From positions 158,219-222,218 of the forward strand of contig CAWEKC010000001.1 of NCBI GenBank assembly GCA_963809665.1: a stretch of DNA of 64,000 nt, written 5' to 3'. The notes below the pieces were generated by a model. It ran no database searches. It saw only the letters and a list, made by a program, of their open reading frames with translations, and was not told the origin of the DNA. The DNA is from Candidatus Gottesmanbacteria bacterium (GTDB lineage: Bacteria > Patescibacteriota > Microgenomatia > UBA10105 > UBA927). Made by a program: the position numbers and the translations under genes. Of the stretch, positions 49,487 to 58,997 are shown piece after piece (position 1 is the stretch's first letter; each line of letters begins with the position of its first letter).

Positions 49487-49501
49487 TCGTCTGTTTGGTA
49501 T

Positions 49502-49777
49502 TTAGGCCCCTGTGATTTCGAGGTTACCAATCACTAATGATTTACCGGCTTCTAATCTTTTTCCGTTCACAACACATCCTTTCCCGCGTCCATCACCAAT
49601 AACATGAGCCAGGGAGTCAGGAACATCGTCTGTATAGTAAATAAGATCTTCTCCGTCCCCCAACTCATTTGGGAACGCCGCAACTTTATCACCTTCAATC
49701 TGTTGCTTTTTATGATCCTGTTCCACAACCATTACCCAACCTTTACCAATTTCATAAACTTCAACTTTTGCTACCAT
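49502..49777 (-). CDS. hypothetical protein, in low-GC islet
   Basis: 91-aa ORF; local GC ~39% vs >50% flanks. Confidence 0.4.
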   Translation of the reverse strand: MVAKVEVYEIGKGWVMVVEQDHKKQQIEGDKVAAFPNELGDGEDLIYYTDDVPDSLAHVIGDGRGKGCVVNGKRLEAGKSLVIGNLEITGA

Positions 49778-49793
49778 ATTTTATTGTTGTTCG

Positions 49794-50186
49794 TTATTTT
49801 TCCTGCTCTCTAACTATATTAGCTAACCCATGAACGGCTTCAATAAATTCATGTCTGGTCTTTTCTTGTTCTCGAAATAAGAGCGTCCCAATAGTTTCAG
49901 GTGTGTTTTTTAAATACCCCCTGTCAACTAAATAAACCTGTAGCTCAGCGGGTAGTCTGTTTTTATCAAGTATTGCAGGTAATAGTTGTTGTATATAAAC
50001 TTGTTCTATTGGTGAACGTCCCTGCTCTGCACCGTATGTTAATATACCGTGCTGAAATAATTCTTCGACTACACGGATATCCTCACTTATTGTTATATCA
50101 ATACCTAATTCTTTCGCGGCAGCTTCCAAAACTGAATAATTTTGTTTCTCAAATACTCTAAATGGTTTATCGTCAGTTGTATTCAC
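49794..50186 (-). CDS. hypothetical protein, in low-GC islet
   Basis: 130-aa ORF; same low-GC block. Confidence 0.4.
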   Translation of the reverse strand: MNTTDDKPFRVFEKQNYSVLEAAAKELGIDITISEDIRVVEELFQHGILTYGAEQGRSPIEQVYIQQLLPAILDKNRLPAELQVYLVDRGYLKNTPETIGTLLFREQEKTRHEFIEAVHGLANIVREQEK

Positions 50187-50189
50187 AGA

Positions 50190-51080
50190 TTAAATCAGAT
50201 TGGAACTCTTGAAGATTTTCGGTTTGAGCCAGTCGGGCGGAGTTTCCTTGGGTTTCTCGGCGGGTTTGGGTTCAACCGGCGCGGGTGTAACGGGAGCGCT
50301 TTCAACCACGGTTGACGGGACTTCCGCAGACGTACCCGGTTTCCAAAACCTCTTCCCGCCCGCCTTCATACATGCGGCGGCAAGTTCGAATGCCTGCGGA
50401 CTTACACGGGGATTCTGGAATGCATTGGTAGAACTATACAGTGCATTTAACACATTTGTCGCAATATCCGCGGTGAGCCGGACACCAATTCCTGATAAAA
50501 ACAGCGAAACGACTTCTGCGGTAGAGGAAACTTCCGGATCTACAATGTTTATCTGTCCGTACTGGGCATTATTCGGATGCCGGTCTATATTTATAACAGT
50601 CTTACCGGAGAATAATTCCCTGTTCTCTTCAAAAACTTTCTTCAAACCCCCGAGGTGAATCGTGTCCACGGCAATAATGAGATCCGCTGATGTCCCGCCG
50701 TAGGAATAGTGGACTTTATCCTGTGAAAATCCGGCATGCCCCGTACGCGGCTCGACAACCAGATTGAATTTGTTGCCTTCAATATTATAACTGACTTTTT
50801 CTATGGACCCTTCCTCGTAATCGAGGGAGATAATGAAATTCTTACGGGATAAGTCGGCTGCAAATTTATTGACCCCTACAAAGTCCGACATTTCAACCGT
50901 CATTGCATCCGGACATACAATACTCACTTTTTTCCCCAGGCTTTCAAGTCCCAGATAGAGCGCCAGGGAACTGCCGATGCTGTCGAACGTCGGATGCTCG
51001 TGGGTAACGATAAGGATTTCGTTCGCCTTATCAAGAAGCTCTTTTACTTTGGTAATATCTGCAGTCAAGTCCATAATCAC
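50190..51080 (-). CDS. DHH-family phosphoesterase (NrnA-like oligoribonuclease / pAp phosphatase) with Pro-rich C-terminal tail
   Basis: THEHPTFDSIGS DHH-family N-terminal motif; DHHA1-like C-terminal region. Confidence 0.75.
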   Translation of the reverse strand: MIMDLTADITKVKELLDKANEILIVTHEHPTFDSIGSSLALYLGLESLGKKVSIVCPDAMTVEMSDFVGVNKFAADLSRKNFIISLDYEEGSIEKVSYNIEGNKFNLVVEPRTGHAGFSQDKVHYSYGGTSADLIIAVDTIHLGGLKKVFEENRELFSGKTVINIDRHPNNAQYGQINIVDPEVSSTAEVVSLFLSGIGVRLTADIATNVLNALYSSTNAFQNPRVSPQAFELAAACMKAGGKRFWKPGTSAEVPSTVVESAPVTPAPVEPKPAEKPKETPPDWLKPKIFKSSNLI

Positions 51081-52543
51081 GTTGTGACGGCGATTATAGC
51101 ATCTTGAAGCGCAAAATCAACTTTTTTATCAAAAAGGATACCGCATTCAACGCCAACCTTCTCCACTTTCGTTACGTCTTCCTTCCCCTTCCGGATCGAT
51201 TTGATCCTGGCGCGGGCAATTTCAGCCTCGGCGCGCATAATTTTGACGGTATCCCCGCGGGCAAGTCTCCCAGAAACCAGCTTTGTACCGGCAATACGGG
51301 CTTTCTCAAACGGGAATTCCGCAATCACCGTGCCGACGCCCAATTCCCGCTCTATGGCAAGTACTTCTTTAAGTCCCGACACCACTTCGGTAAGCTCATC
51401 CAATAGTTCGTATATAATTGTATATACACGGAAAACTACCTTCTCTGCTGTAGCAAGGCGCTCGACTGACGGCGGACATTTAACATTAAATCCTACAACT
51501 ATTGCTTTTGCGGATTTTGCCGTGAGTATATCCGTTTCGCCAATATCCCCGATACCCGCCGTTACCATCTCCACTTGTTTAGGCAAGGCGGTAATAATTG
51601 CTTCCATGGATCCGGCTGTATCAACTTTTAAAATAACCGTCAGTTTCCGGCCTGCCTGCTCTGCGACCGGTTTGAGCCAATCAGGCAGATTTTCTGCGGT
51701 AAACGGCGCGTTTTGAACAACTGCTTCCTTTGGTTTCTGTTCCAGATATATATCCGTCCTAAGCACAGATCCGACTGCCGGAAGCGAGGTAAACCCTAAG
51801 ACTTCAACCGGTCGTGCCGGGCCGGCAAGGGTTACCCCTTTACCGTATTCATCAAACATTGCCCGGACCCTTGCAACCTGCTTGGCGCCTTCAAAAAGAA
51901 GCGTGCCGAACCTGAGTGTTCCTTTTTTCACGACTACCGTTGCCACCATTCCTTTCCCTTTATCGAGGCGTGTTTCGATAACAACGGTTTCAAGCGGCGC
52001 CTCAGGTGAAAAATCCAGTCCCTTCAACTGCGCAACTAATGTGATAAGCTCCAGAAGTTCCGGCACTCCTTTTCCTGTTTTGGCAGATACTAATGCCACC
52101 GGTATATCTCCGCCGAATCCTTCTACCTGCACGCCGTTTTTGGCCAAGTCGGACTTGACTTTATCCGGCATAGCCGTCGGCAAATCAATTTTATTCATAA
52201 CGACTATCATTGATGCGCCGGATGCTTTGATCTGCTCAATGGATTCTTTGGTCTGGGGCATCACGCTGTCGTCAGCGGCAACAACTAACAGGGCGATATC
52301 CGCCACCTGGGCGCCGCGGCTGCGCATCTTGGCAAACGCCTCGTGTCCGGGCGTATCAATAAAGGTAATATTATGTATCTGGTAGGCGCCGATATGCTGG
52401 GTGATGCCGCCGTGTTCGCCTTCTGCTACATGAGTTTTCCGGATGGTATCAAGAAGCGTGGTTTTACCGTGGTCAACGTGGCCCAATACCGCCACAATGG
52501 GAGGTCTTGCAAGTGTCTGAACTTCTGTTTTCTTTTTCTTCAT
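51077..52543 (-). CDS. infB: translation initiation factor IF-2 (short form, G domain through C2)
   Basis: [13 protein letters not shown]1 motif; 488 aa. Confidence 0.95.
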   Translation of the reverse strand: MKKKKTEVQTLARPPIVAVLGHVDHGKTTLLDTIRKTHVAEGEHGGITQHIGAYQIHNITFIDTPGHEAFAKMRSRGAQVADIALLVVAADDSVMPQTKESIEQIKASGASMIVVMNKIDLPTAMPDKVKSDLAKNGVQVEGFGGDIPVALVSAKTGKGVPELLELITLVAQLKGLDFSPEAPLETVVIETRLDKGKGMVATVVVKKGTLRFGTLLFEGAKQVARVRAMFDEYGKGVTLAGPARPVEVLGFTSLPAVGSVLRTDIYLEQKPKEAVVQNAPFTAENLPDWLKPVAEQAGRKLTVILKVDTAGSMEAIITALPKQVEMVTAGIGDIGETDILTAKSAKAIVVGFNVKCPPSVERLATAEKVVFRVYTIIYELLDELTEVVSGLKEVLAIERELGVGTVIAEFPFEKARIAGTKLVSGRLARGDTVKIMRAEAEIARARIKSIRKGKEDVTKVEKVGVECGILFDKKVDFALQDAIIAVTT

Positions 52544-52564
52544 AATAAATTACAGCCCGGTGTT

Positions 52565-53626
52565 TCATACAACGGGAGTCTTCACTTCCGGTTTCACTTC
52601 TTCTTTTTTTTCTTCAACCGGTGCCGGCGTTGTCTCTGCCGGTACACCTGCCTGCGCAGGCAGGCCTTTGCCCCGGATATCTATTTTCCAACCGGTTAAT
52701 TTTGCAGCCAGCCGTACATTCTGTCCGTCACGGCCTATCGCCAAAGAAAGCTGATCCTCTGGAACAAGAACTTCCGCGGATTTCTTCTCATCATTAAGGG
52801 TAACTATCATGTCCTTGGCGGGGGCTAATGCCGACATAATAAATACCTTCGGGTCATCGTTCCACTGGATGATATCCACCTTTTCCTGGCCTCCTAATTC
52901 GCTGATGACACCCTGTACGCGCACACCCTTTTGGCCCACACAGGAGCCCACAGGATCCACCCCTGGTTGTTTGGAAAATACGGCAACTTTCGTCCGTCCG
53001 CCGGCCTCGCGGGCTATAACACGGAACTCAACCGCCCCCTGGGCGACTTCCGGAACTTCACGTTTAAACAATCCTTCCACGAGTCCTTTATGTGCACGGG
53101 ACACGATAATTTCGTTGCCGCGCATGGTTTCCCGGATGCCTTCTACGTAAAATGTCAGCCGTTGGTTCAGGTGATACCGCTCTCCCTGGCTCTGTTCGGA
53201 TGTCGGCATGACCGCCTGCGCGCGGCCGATATCGACGATAATATTCGGCCCGTCAAACCGGAGAACCATACCCGGAACGATCGACCCTATTTTCGTCTGG
53301 TAATCCGCAAGTACGGATTGTTTTTCCGCTTCCCGTATCCTCTGGAGGATAACCTGTTTGGCGGTCTGGGCGGCAATCCGTCCGAATCCGGGAGGCGTAA
53401 TGTCTTTGCCGTCTTTGGATATTTTAGCCTCACCCGTATCGGGATTGAGGTCCACTTTGTACTGCTCAAGCTCGGTTACCTCGGTGATGCCTCCGCCGTA
53501 ATCCTTGCGGTAGGCAGCCAGTATTGCGGCTTTAATGGTTTCGACAACCACGTTGGGGTCAATGCCCCGTTCCGTGGCTACCTGGTTTAACGCTAAGCTG
53601 AATTCACTTTTTACTGTTGCCGGCAT
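52565..53626 (-). CDS. nusA: transcription termination/antitermination factor NusA
   Basis: N-terminal domain, S1 and two KH domains; 353 aa. Confidence 0.95.
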   Translation of the reverse strand: MPATVKSEFSLALNQVATERGIDPNVVVETIKAAILAAYRKDYGGGITEVTELEQYKVDLNPDTGEAKISKDGKDITPPGFGRIAAQTAKQVILQRIREAEKQSVLADYQTKIGSIVPGMVLRFDGPNIIVDIGRAQAVMPTSEQSQGERYHLNQRLTFYVEGIRETMRGNEIIVSRAHKGLVEGLFKREVPEVAQGAVEFRVIAREAGGRTKVAVFSKQPGVDPVGSCVGQKGVRVQGVISELGGQEKVDIIQWNDDPKVFIMSALAPAKDMIVTLNDEKKSAEVLVPEDQLSLAIGRDGQNVRLAAKLTGWKIDIRGKGLPAQAGVPAETTPAPVEEKKEEVKPEVKTPVV

Positions 53627-53633
53627 AGTTTAT

Positions 53634-53709
53634 AAAAAAAGGCGGGTCTCCCCACCTATCCTTTCTCTAATCTTGTCTCCTATTATAGCACGCCTGAGCC
53701 ACCCGTCAA
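53634..53709 (-). promoter_or_regulatory. nusA leader: promoter TTGACG-16-TATAAT (53682-53709; -35 overlaps dnaJ stop) followed by GGUGGG-gaga-CCCGCC hairpin + U7 (53634-53656) ending 5 nt before the nusA ATG
   Basis: read from sequence. Confidence 0.4.
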
Positions 53710-54602
53710 CCGCGCTCAAGCTCTTCCAGTAATTCTTTTTGCCGGCGTGTAAGGCGTGTCGGTACGTGAAGCTGGATACGGACGTATTCGTCGCCGCGGC
53801 CACTCCCCCGCACATGCGGGACACCTTTTCCGTGAAGACGGATAAGCGTTCCGGGCTGGACTCCGGGCTGGATGCGGATTTTTAAGGGACCGTCAATCGT
53901 GGGAACGCCAACTACCGAGCCCAGCGCAGCCTGGGAGAATGTCACTTCGTGCTCAATAATAAGGTCGTCCCCCTCGCGTTTATATTCGCGGCTTGGTTTT
54001 ACTTCCAGAACTATTTCAAAATCGTCAAACCGGATACGGCTCCCGGTATCCACACCTGCAGGGATCTTTATTGTCTTCCGTACGCTTCCGTCTCCGGCCT
54101 GCCCGCGGGGTACATGGATTTCGCGGGTCGCGCCTTTTACGGCATCCATAAAATCAATGCTTAGTTCATACGCCTGACGCGGCTGGCGCCTTGAAGTTCT
54201 TCCGAATCCCCCTCCGAAAAACTGCTCAAAAATCTCGAACGGATCGATAAAATCTTCACCAAACGGCATACCACCACTAGAAGGCTGACCTCCGCTTGTG
54301 GAATAATAATATTGGAACGGCCCCTGCCGGAATCCGCCGCCGAACGGCCCCTGGCCCGGAGCTCCGCCCATTCCGGGCTGGAATGCCGCATGGCCGAACT
54401 GATCGTACGTTTCTTTTTTCTTAGAATCGGATAATACCGCGTACGCTTCGTTTATTTCCTTAAACTTCTCGTTGGCATTGGCGGCTTTGTTCCGGTCAGG
54501 ATGCCACTGCAGCGCGAGCTTGCGGTACGCAGCCTTAATTTCCGTAGTCGTGGCGGACTTTGACAGCCCCAATATTTCGTAATAATCGCGTTTATTAGGC
54601 AT
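53706..54602 (-). CDS. dnaJ: DnaJ-family co-chaperone, type II (J domain + G/F region + C-terminal domains, no CxxCxGxG zinc finger; CbpA-like)
   Basis: YYEILGLSKSATTTEIKAAYRKLALQWHPDRN J domain with HPD. Confidence 0.85.
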   Translation of the reverse strand: MPNKRDYYEILGLSKSATTTEIKAAYRKLALQWHPDRNKAANANEKFKEINEAYAVLSDSKKKETYDQFGHAAFQPGMGGAPGQGPFGGGFRQGPFQYYYSTSGGQPSSGGMPFGEDFIDPFEIFEQFFGGGFGRTSRRQPRQAYELSIDFMDAVKGATREIHVPRGQAGDGSVRKTIKIPAGVDTGSRIRFDDFEIVLEVKPSREYKREGDDLIIEHEVTFSQAALGSVVGVPTIDGPLKIRIQPGVQPGTLIRLHGKGVPHVRGSGRGDEYVRIQLHVPTRLTRRQKELLEELERG

Positions 54603-54618
54603 AAAGTATCCGTATTAT

Positions 54619-54651
54619 ATCAATTAGGCGCGCTTTCGCGCGCCTATTGAT
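54619..54651. repeat. 33-nt GC-cored palindrome/hairpin (14-bp stem, GAAA loop) in the dnaK-dnaJ intercistronic spacer
   Basis: ATCAATTAGGCGCGC-tttc-GCGCGCCTATTGAT read from sequence. Confidence 0.4.
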
Positions 54652-54668
54652 CAGTATATTTTTGGTTA

Positions 54669-56561
54669 TTAACTTACGACTTCGCCTTCCTCAACTTTTT
54701 TTTCGTCTTTTTTATCTTCTGCCTTCGGCTCTTGGCCGGGCGGAGCGCCGGTTGGAGGTTGTTCTCCCTGTTTTTCCTGGTACATCGCAGCGCCCACTTT
54801 CTGGACCGCTTCGGAAAGCTCGCTGGTTTTCGTTTCCAGATCTTCTTTGCTTCCGGTATCCAAAATTTCCTTGAGTGCTTTTATTTTTTCCCTGACCGCT
54901 GTCTTATCATCTGTTGCTTTATCACCCGAATCTTTCAGGGTTTTTTCGGCAACATAGATGATATTATCCGCTTTATTTCTGGCCTCGATTTTATCTTTCT
55001 TCTCGGTATCCATGGCGGCATTTGCCTCCGCCTCTTTCTTCATCTTCTCGACTTCTTCTTTGGAAAGCCCGGTCGAGTTGGTAATACGGATATTGGCGGC
55101 TTTTCCGGTCGCCTTATCTTTGGCGGCAACATTTAAGATACCGTTTGCGTCAATATCAAACGTTACCTCTACCTGCGGAACTCCCCGCGGCGACGGCGGA
55201 ATTCCCGAGAGAATAAACCGGCCGAGAGATTTATTATCCGCAGCCATCGGGCGCTCTCCCTGTAAAATGTTAATTTCAACCGACGTCTGGTTATCCGCAG
55301 CAGTTGAATAGATTTCCGTTTTACTCGTCGGAACCGTCGTATTTCTCGTAATCATCGGCGTCGATACTCCACCCAGCGTCTCGACGGAAAGTGTGAGCGG
55401 TGTAACATCCAACAAAACAACGTCTTTGACCTCACCCGTAAGAACGCCCGCCTGGACTGCGGCACCTATCGCAACGACTTCATCCGGATTGACGGACTGG
55501 TTCGGAGTCTTGCCGAAATATTCCTTCACCGTCTCCACAACTTTCGGCATTCGGGTCATACCACCGACCAAAACAATTTCGTCAATATCTTTGATGGTCT
55601 TTTTGGCGTCAGTTAGACATTTCTTGACCGGATCGATCGTCTTCGTGATAAGGTCGCCGACCAATGATTCCAACTTTGCGCGCGTGATTTTCATCACCAG
55701 ATGAAGCGGGCCGTTTTTCCCCTGGGTAATAAACGGCAAATTTATTTCCGTCTCCATCGAGCTACTTAGCTCTATCTTTGCTTTCTCCGCCGCGTCCCTG
55801 ATCCTTTGCAGCGCCTGGGGGTCTTTGCGCAGATCTACACTGTTGTCTTTCTTAAACTCATCGGCAATGTAATCCAGAATCCGTTTATCAAAATCGTCTC
55901 CGCCCAGATGCGTATCACCGTTGGTGGCTTTCACTTCATACACGCCGTCTCCGAGCTCAAGAATAGAAATATCAAACGTCCCGCCTCCGAGGTCATACAC
56001 GGCAATCGTATGTGTGTTTTTCTTATCCAACCCGTAGGCAAGCGCGGACGCAGTGGGCTCATTAACGATACGCATCACTTCAAGCCCTGCAATTTCCCCT
56101 GCCTGTTTGGTGGCTTGGCGCTGGGAATCATCAAAATACGCAGGAACCGTAATGACGGCCTGCGTGACGGTTTCCCCGAGATATTTTTCCGCATCCGCTT
56201 TAATTTTGGCAAGCACTTTGGCGGAAATTTCCTGCGGGGTGAATTCCTTACCTTCCACGACGACCACTGCCATGCCGTTTTTACCGGATTTGATGGTGTA
56301 CGGCAGCAGTTTCATGTCCGTCTGCACGGACGGATCCGAAAATTTGCGGCCCATGAGCCGTTTGACGGAAAAAATCGTATCCTGGGGATTGAGAATCGCC
56401 TGGTGCTTGGCAACATCACCCACGATATTTTTAATCGGGTCCACAACAGACGGAAACACGTTTCTGCCCTCAAGCGAGTGGATAACTTTCGGGGCACCGC
56501 CTTCCATGACGGCCACACATGAATTAGTTGTACCTAAATCTATACCGATAATTTTTGACAT
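54669..56561 (-). CDS. dnaK: molecular chaperone DnaK (Hsp70)
   Basis: [22 protein letters not shown] motifs; 630 aa. Confidence 0.97.
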   Translation of the reverse strand: MSKIIGIDLGTTNSCVAVMEGGAPKVIHSLEGRNVFPSVVDPIKNIVGDVAKHQAILNPQDTIFSVKRLMGRKFSDPSVQTDMKLLPYTIKSGKNGMAVVVVEGKEFTPQEISAKVLAKIKADAEKYLGETVTQAVITVPAYFDDSQRQATKQAGEIAGLEVMRIVNEPTASALAYGLDKKNTHTIAVYDLGGGTFDISILELGDGVYEVKATNGDTHLGGDDFDKRILDYIADEFKKDNSVDLRKDPQALQRIRDAAEKAKIELSSSMETEINLPFITQGKNGPLHLVMKITRAKLESLVGDLITKTIDPVKKCLTDAKKTIKDIDEIVLVGGMTRMPKVVETVKEYFGKTPNQSVNPDEVVAIGAAVQAGVLTGEVKDVVLLDVTPLTLSVETLGGVSTPMITRNTTVPTSKTEIYSTAADNQTSVEINILQGERPMAADNKSLGRFILSGIPPSPRGVPQVEVTFDIDANGILNVAAKDKATGKAANIRITNSTGLSKEEVEKMKKEAEANAAMDTEKKDKIEARNKADNIIYVAEKTLKDSGDKATDDKTAVREKIKALKEILDTGSKEDLETKTSELSEAVQKVGAAMYQEKQGEQPPTGAPPGQEPKAEDKKDEKKVEEGEVVS

Positions 56562-56571
56562 ATATTCCTCC

Positions 56572-56994
56572 TTATGAAACTAATGTTTTTCCTACTTTTA
56601 CTTGTGCTACTCTTAATATTTTATCGTGAAGCCTATATCCCGGTAATATTTCCTCAATTACTATGTTATCAGCCCCCGCAACAACTTCAATACATTCCAT
56701 CCGGTGCGGGTCAAATGGTTTACCGACGACCTCAATTTTTTCGACTCCCTGCTCTGCTAACACTGCAGATAATTCTTTGAGTGCCAATTCAAGCCCTGTA
56801 TCTTTAATATGTGTTGACGCCTTCGTCAGCGTATCCAATGCAGGCAAAAGTCTCGCCGTTACCGTCTCTGCCGCATATTTCCTGATTTGCTGTTTTTCCT
56901 GCTGCGTGCGTTTCTCCAGATTCTGATAATCTGCAAGCGCCCGCAGATACTTTGACTTCCAATCTATTATTTCTTCCTCATGTTTCTTTTTCAT
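56572..56994 (-). CDS. grpE: nucleotide exchange factor GrpE (short)
   Basis: 140 aa, coiled-coil + beta domain; in hrcA-grpE-dnaK order. Confidence 0.85.
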   Translation of the reverse strand: MKKKHEEEIIDWKSKYLRALADYQNLEKRTQQEKQQIRKYAAETVTARLLPALDTLTKASTHIKDTGLELALKELSAVLAEQGVEKIEVVGKPFDPHRMECIEVVAGADNIVIEEILPGYRLHDKILRVAQVKVGKTLVS

Positions 56995-56997
56995 ACG

Positions 56998-57732
56998 TTA
57001 CCAGCTTCTCGTAAATTCACCGATGAGTCCGCCCATGTACCTGACAAACGGAATAACCGCCGAATAATTAAGCCGCGACGGACCGATAACACCGATGGCA
57101 CCGGACACATGCGGGGAACTGAACTTTTCAAATACAAATCCGCATTGTGAGAGGACGCTCCGTGATGCAATTTCTTCTCCTAAAAAGATATCAAACACAT
57201 CGGTATCACGGCCAAGAAGTTCCGACCAGAATCCGAACTGGTCCAGGGTTGCGAGTAATTGATGCGTCAGCTCATAATCATAAAACTCCGGCATGTCCAG
57301 AAGGTTTGCGGCCCCCGCATAGTAAAGATCTCCGTCTTTCGTAGCCGTAAGGGCGAGGGTTTTCGTTTTTTCCGCAAGCGTTTTAGTTGCTTCGCGAAGA
57401 AGTTTATCCACTTCCTGACGGTATTCCCAGATCTTTTCTTTTACCGCCACTTCGTCCGCCACCGACATATCCTTGGTTTTCATCAGATGATCAACGTAAT
57501 AGCGCATCGCTTCGGGTGTAGGGCTTCGTCCTGCGCTGGTGTGCGGTTGGTTAAGCATTTTAAGCTCGGTTAACCGCATCATTTCATTCCGGATTGTGGC
57601 CGGAGATACGCCGAGATTGTATTTTTTATCCAAAGTTTCGCTGCCTACAGGCTCAGCGGTGGCAATATATTCCTCAATAATCGCCTTGAGGATCTGAATT
57701 TGGCGGGGCGATAATTCTTTCACAGGATCCAT
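56998..57732 (-). CDS. hrcA: heat-inducible transcription repressor HrcA (short form)
   Basis: N-terminal winged-helix (LSPRQIQILKAIIEEYIATAEPVGS); first gene of dnaK operon; CIRCE upstream. Confidence 0.85.
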   Translation of the reverse strand: MDPVKELSPRQIQILKAIIEEYIATAEPVGSETLDKKYNLGVSPATIRNEMMRLTELKMLNQPHTSAGRSPTPEAMRYYVDHLMKTKDMSVADEVAVKEKIWEYRQEVDKLLREATKTLAEKTKTLALTATKDGDLYYAGAANLLDMPEFYDYELTHQLLATLDQFGFWSELLGRDTDVFDIFLGEEIASRSVLSQCGFVFEKFSSPHVSGAIGVIGPSRLNYSAVIPFVRYMGGLIGEFTRSW

Positions 57733-57753
57733 ATATATACCTTTCCAGACAGA

Positions 57754-57780
57754 TTAGCAGTACTATACATCGAGTGCTAA
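57754..57780. promoter_or_regulatory. CIRCE operator (TTAGCAGTA-N9-GAGTGCTAA), HrcA binding site
   Basis: 9-bp inverted repeat with 9-nt spacer matching TTAGCACTC-N9-GAGTGCTAA at 16/18; 22 nt upstream of hrcA. Confidence 0.75.
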
Positions 57781-57790
57781 TGTCTGTCAA
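57762..57790 (-). promoter_or_regulatory. hrcA operon promoter TTGACA-17-TATAGT overlapping CIRCE
   Basis: read from reverse complement. Confidence 0.5.
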
Positions 57791-57836
57791 TACCCTTCTC
57801 GCCCCTTGCAGGATTCCGATAAATAAGACAATAATG

Positions 57837-58967
57837 GATGTACGGATGAAAAAAGTATTCCTGTATATTGTTATTGCATTACTGCTTCTGGGGATACCGG
57901 CAACGATTTATATTTTGAGTCAGCAGCGGGATATCAGAACACGTGCCGCGCCGGCAACCACCCTTACCCTCACCCCGGCCGTACAAACGGTAAAAGCGGG
58001 AGATACGTTCAAACTCAACGTCGATATTGACCCGGCGACTAATCAGGTGGTCTCCGGTTATATTTATGTAACGTACGACCCGGCGAAACTCGAGGCAAAA
58101 ACGATTACGAATGGTTCGAGCGCTCCGAGAGTACTGAATTCCGGCATAGTTGAGAACGGCACCGCTTCAATTAAAGTCGGGGCAGCAAGTAATGCAGCGC
58201 CTATCGCAACGCGCGGCACGATAGCCGTTATCACGTTTACGGCAAAAGAGGCGACAAATAACCTTACCCCTGCGGTCGTCCAGTTTGCGTCCAATACATT
58301 TGCCGGAGGGTTAAATGATGCTACTGCCAACGTATTGGCCGGGACGAATCCTGCAAAAATTACCATCACCGGCGCCAATTCCACCGGAGCAACCTTCAGG
58401 TCCGGAAGTCCGACTCCGACGGCAACCCCGACGGCATCCTTGGCCCGGACAATCACTCCGACCGCAGGAGCGACTCCGACGGCTACCCCGACGGCATCCC
58501 TTTCCGTGATACTCACACCTACGGTAACGCCGACACTATCCGCATCCCAAAGCGCCATAGCTTCTGTATCGGCAATTGCATTGCAGATCGTCGCACCGGA
58601 AGTAAATGCTGATGTGACCACATCCCAGCCGATTATCAGCGGTAAAGCGCCCCCCGGCAGTACTGTCACAATCGTTATCCATTCCGATACAGGGGTCACG
58701 GTGACGGTTACCGCTGACGCAAACGGTAACTGGGTATATACTCCCACGACACCGCTTGATCCCGGCCCGCACAGCGTGGTGGCAAGCGCCCAGGATGCCG
58801 CAGGTACGACGCAAACGGCAACAACTACATTTGTCGTTGCGGGAGGAGAAGAAGTGGGAGCATCCGAAAGCGCCATACCTATATCCGGAAACATCCAGGC
58901 AACATTGCTCCTTGTGGGATTGGGAATACTACTTATCTCAACAGGTGTATTTGTATGGCATTTTTAA
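57837..58967 (+). CDS. cohesin-domain surface protein with Thr/Pro-rich repeats, Ig-like domain and C-terminal hydrophobic anchor (start uncertain: MDVRMKK or MKKVFL)
   Basis: N-terminal signal/TM; cohesin-like region (VKAGDTFKLNVDID...GYIYVTYDP); PTATPTAS tandem linker; C-terminal TM. Confidence 0.6.
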   Translation, partial: DVRMKKVFLYIVIALLLLGIPATIYILSQQRDIRTRAAPATTLTLTPAVQTVKAGDTFKLNVDIDPATNQVVSGYIYVTYDPAKLEAKTITNGSSAPRVLNSGIVENGTASIKVGAASNAAPIATRGTIAVITFTAKEATNNLTPAVVQFASNTFAGGLNDATANVLAGTNPAKITITGANSTGATFRSGSPTPTATPTASLARTITPTAGATPTATPTASLSVILTPTVTPTLSASQSAIASVSAIALQIVAPEVNADVTTSQPIISGKAPPGSTVTIVIHSDTGVTVTVTADANGNWVYTPTTPLDPGPHSVVASAQDAAGTTQTATTTFVVAGGEEVGASESAIPISGNIQATLLLVGLGILLISTGVFVWHF

Positions 58968-58997
58968 CCGAGCGTACACAACCAAAAACAATATCCA

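Noticed and set aside
58380-58560. Tandem near-repeat DNA (…ccgactccgacggcaaccccgacggcatcc… twice)
   Set aside because: Encodes the repeated SPTPTATPTAS linker of the cohesin-domain protein. It is a coding low-complexity repeat, not a CRISPR array or mobile-element end (no regular spacer/repeat periodicity, no cas genes).
58064-58894. 276-aa minus-strand ORF
   Set aside because: Antisense to the Thr/Pro-rich cohesin-protein gene; GC-rich repetitive coding sequence readily yields open antisense frames.
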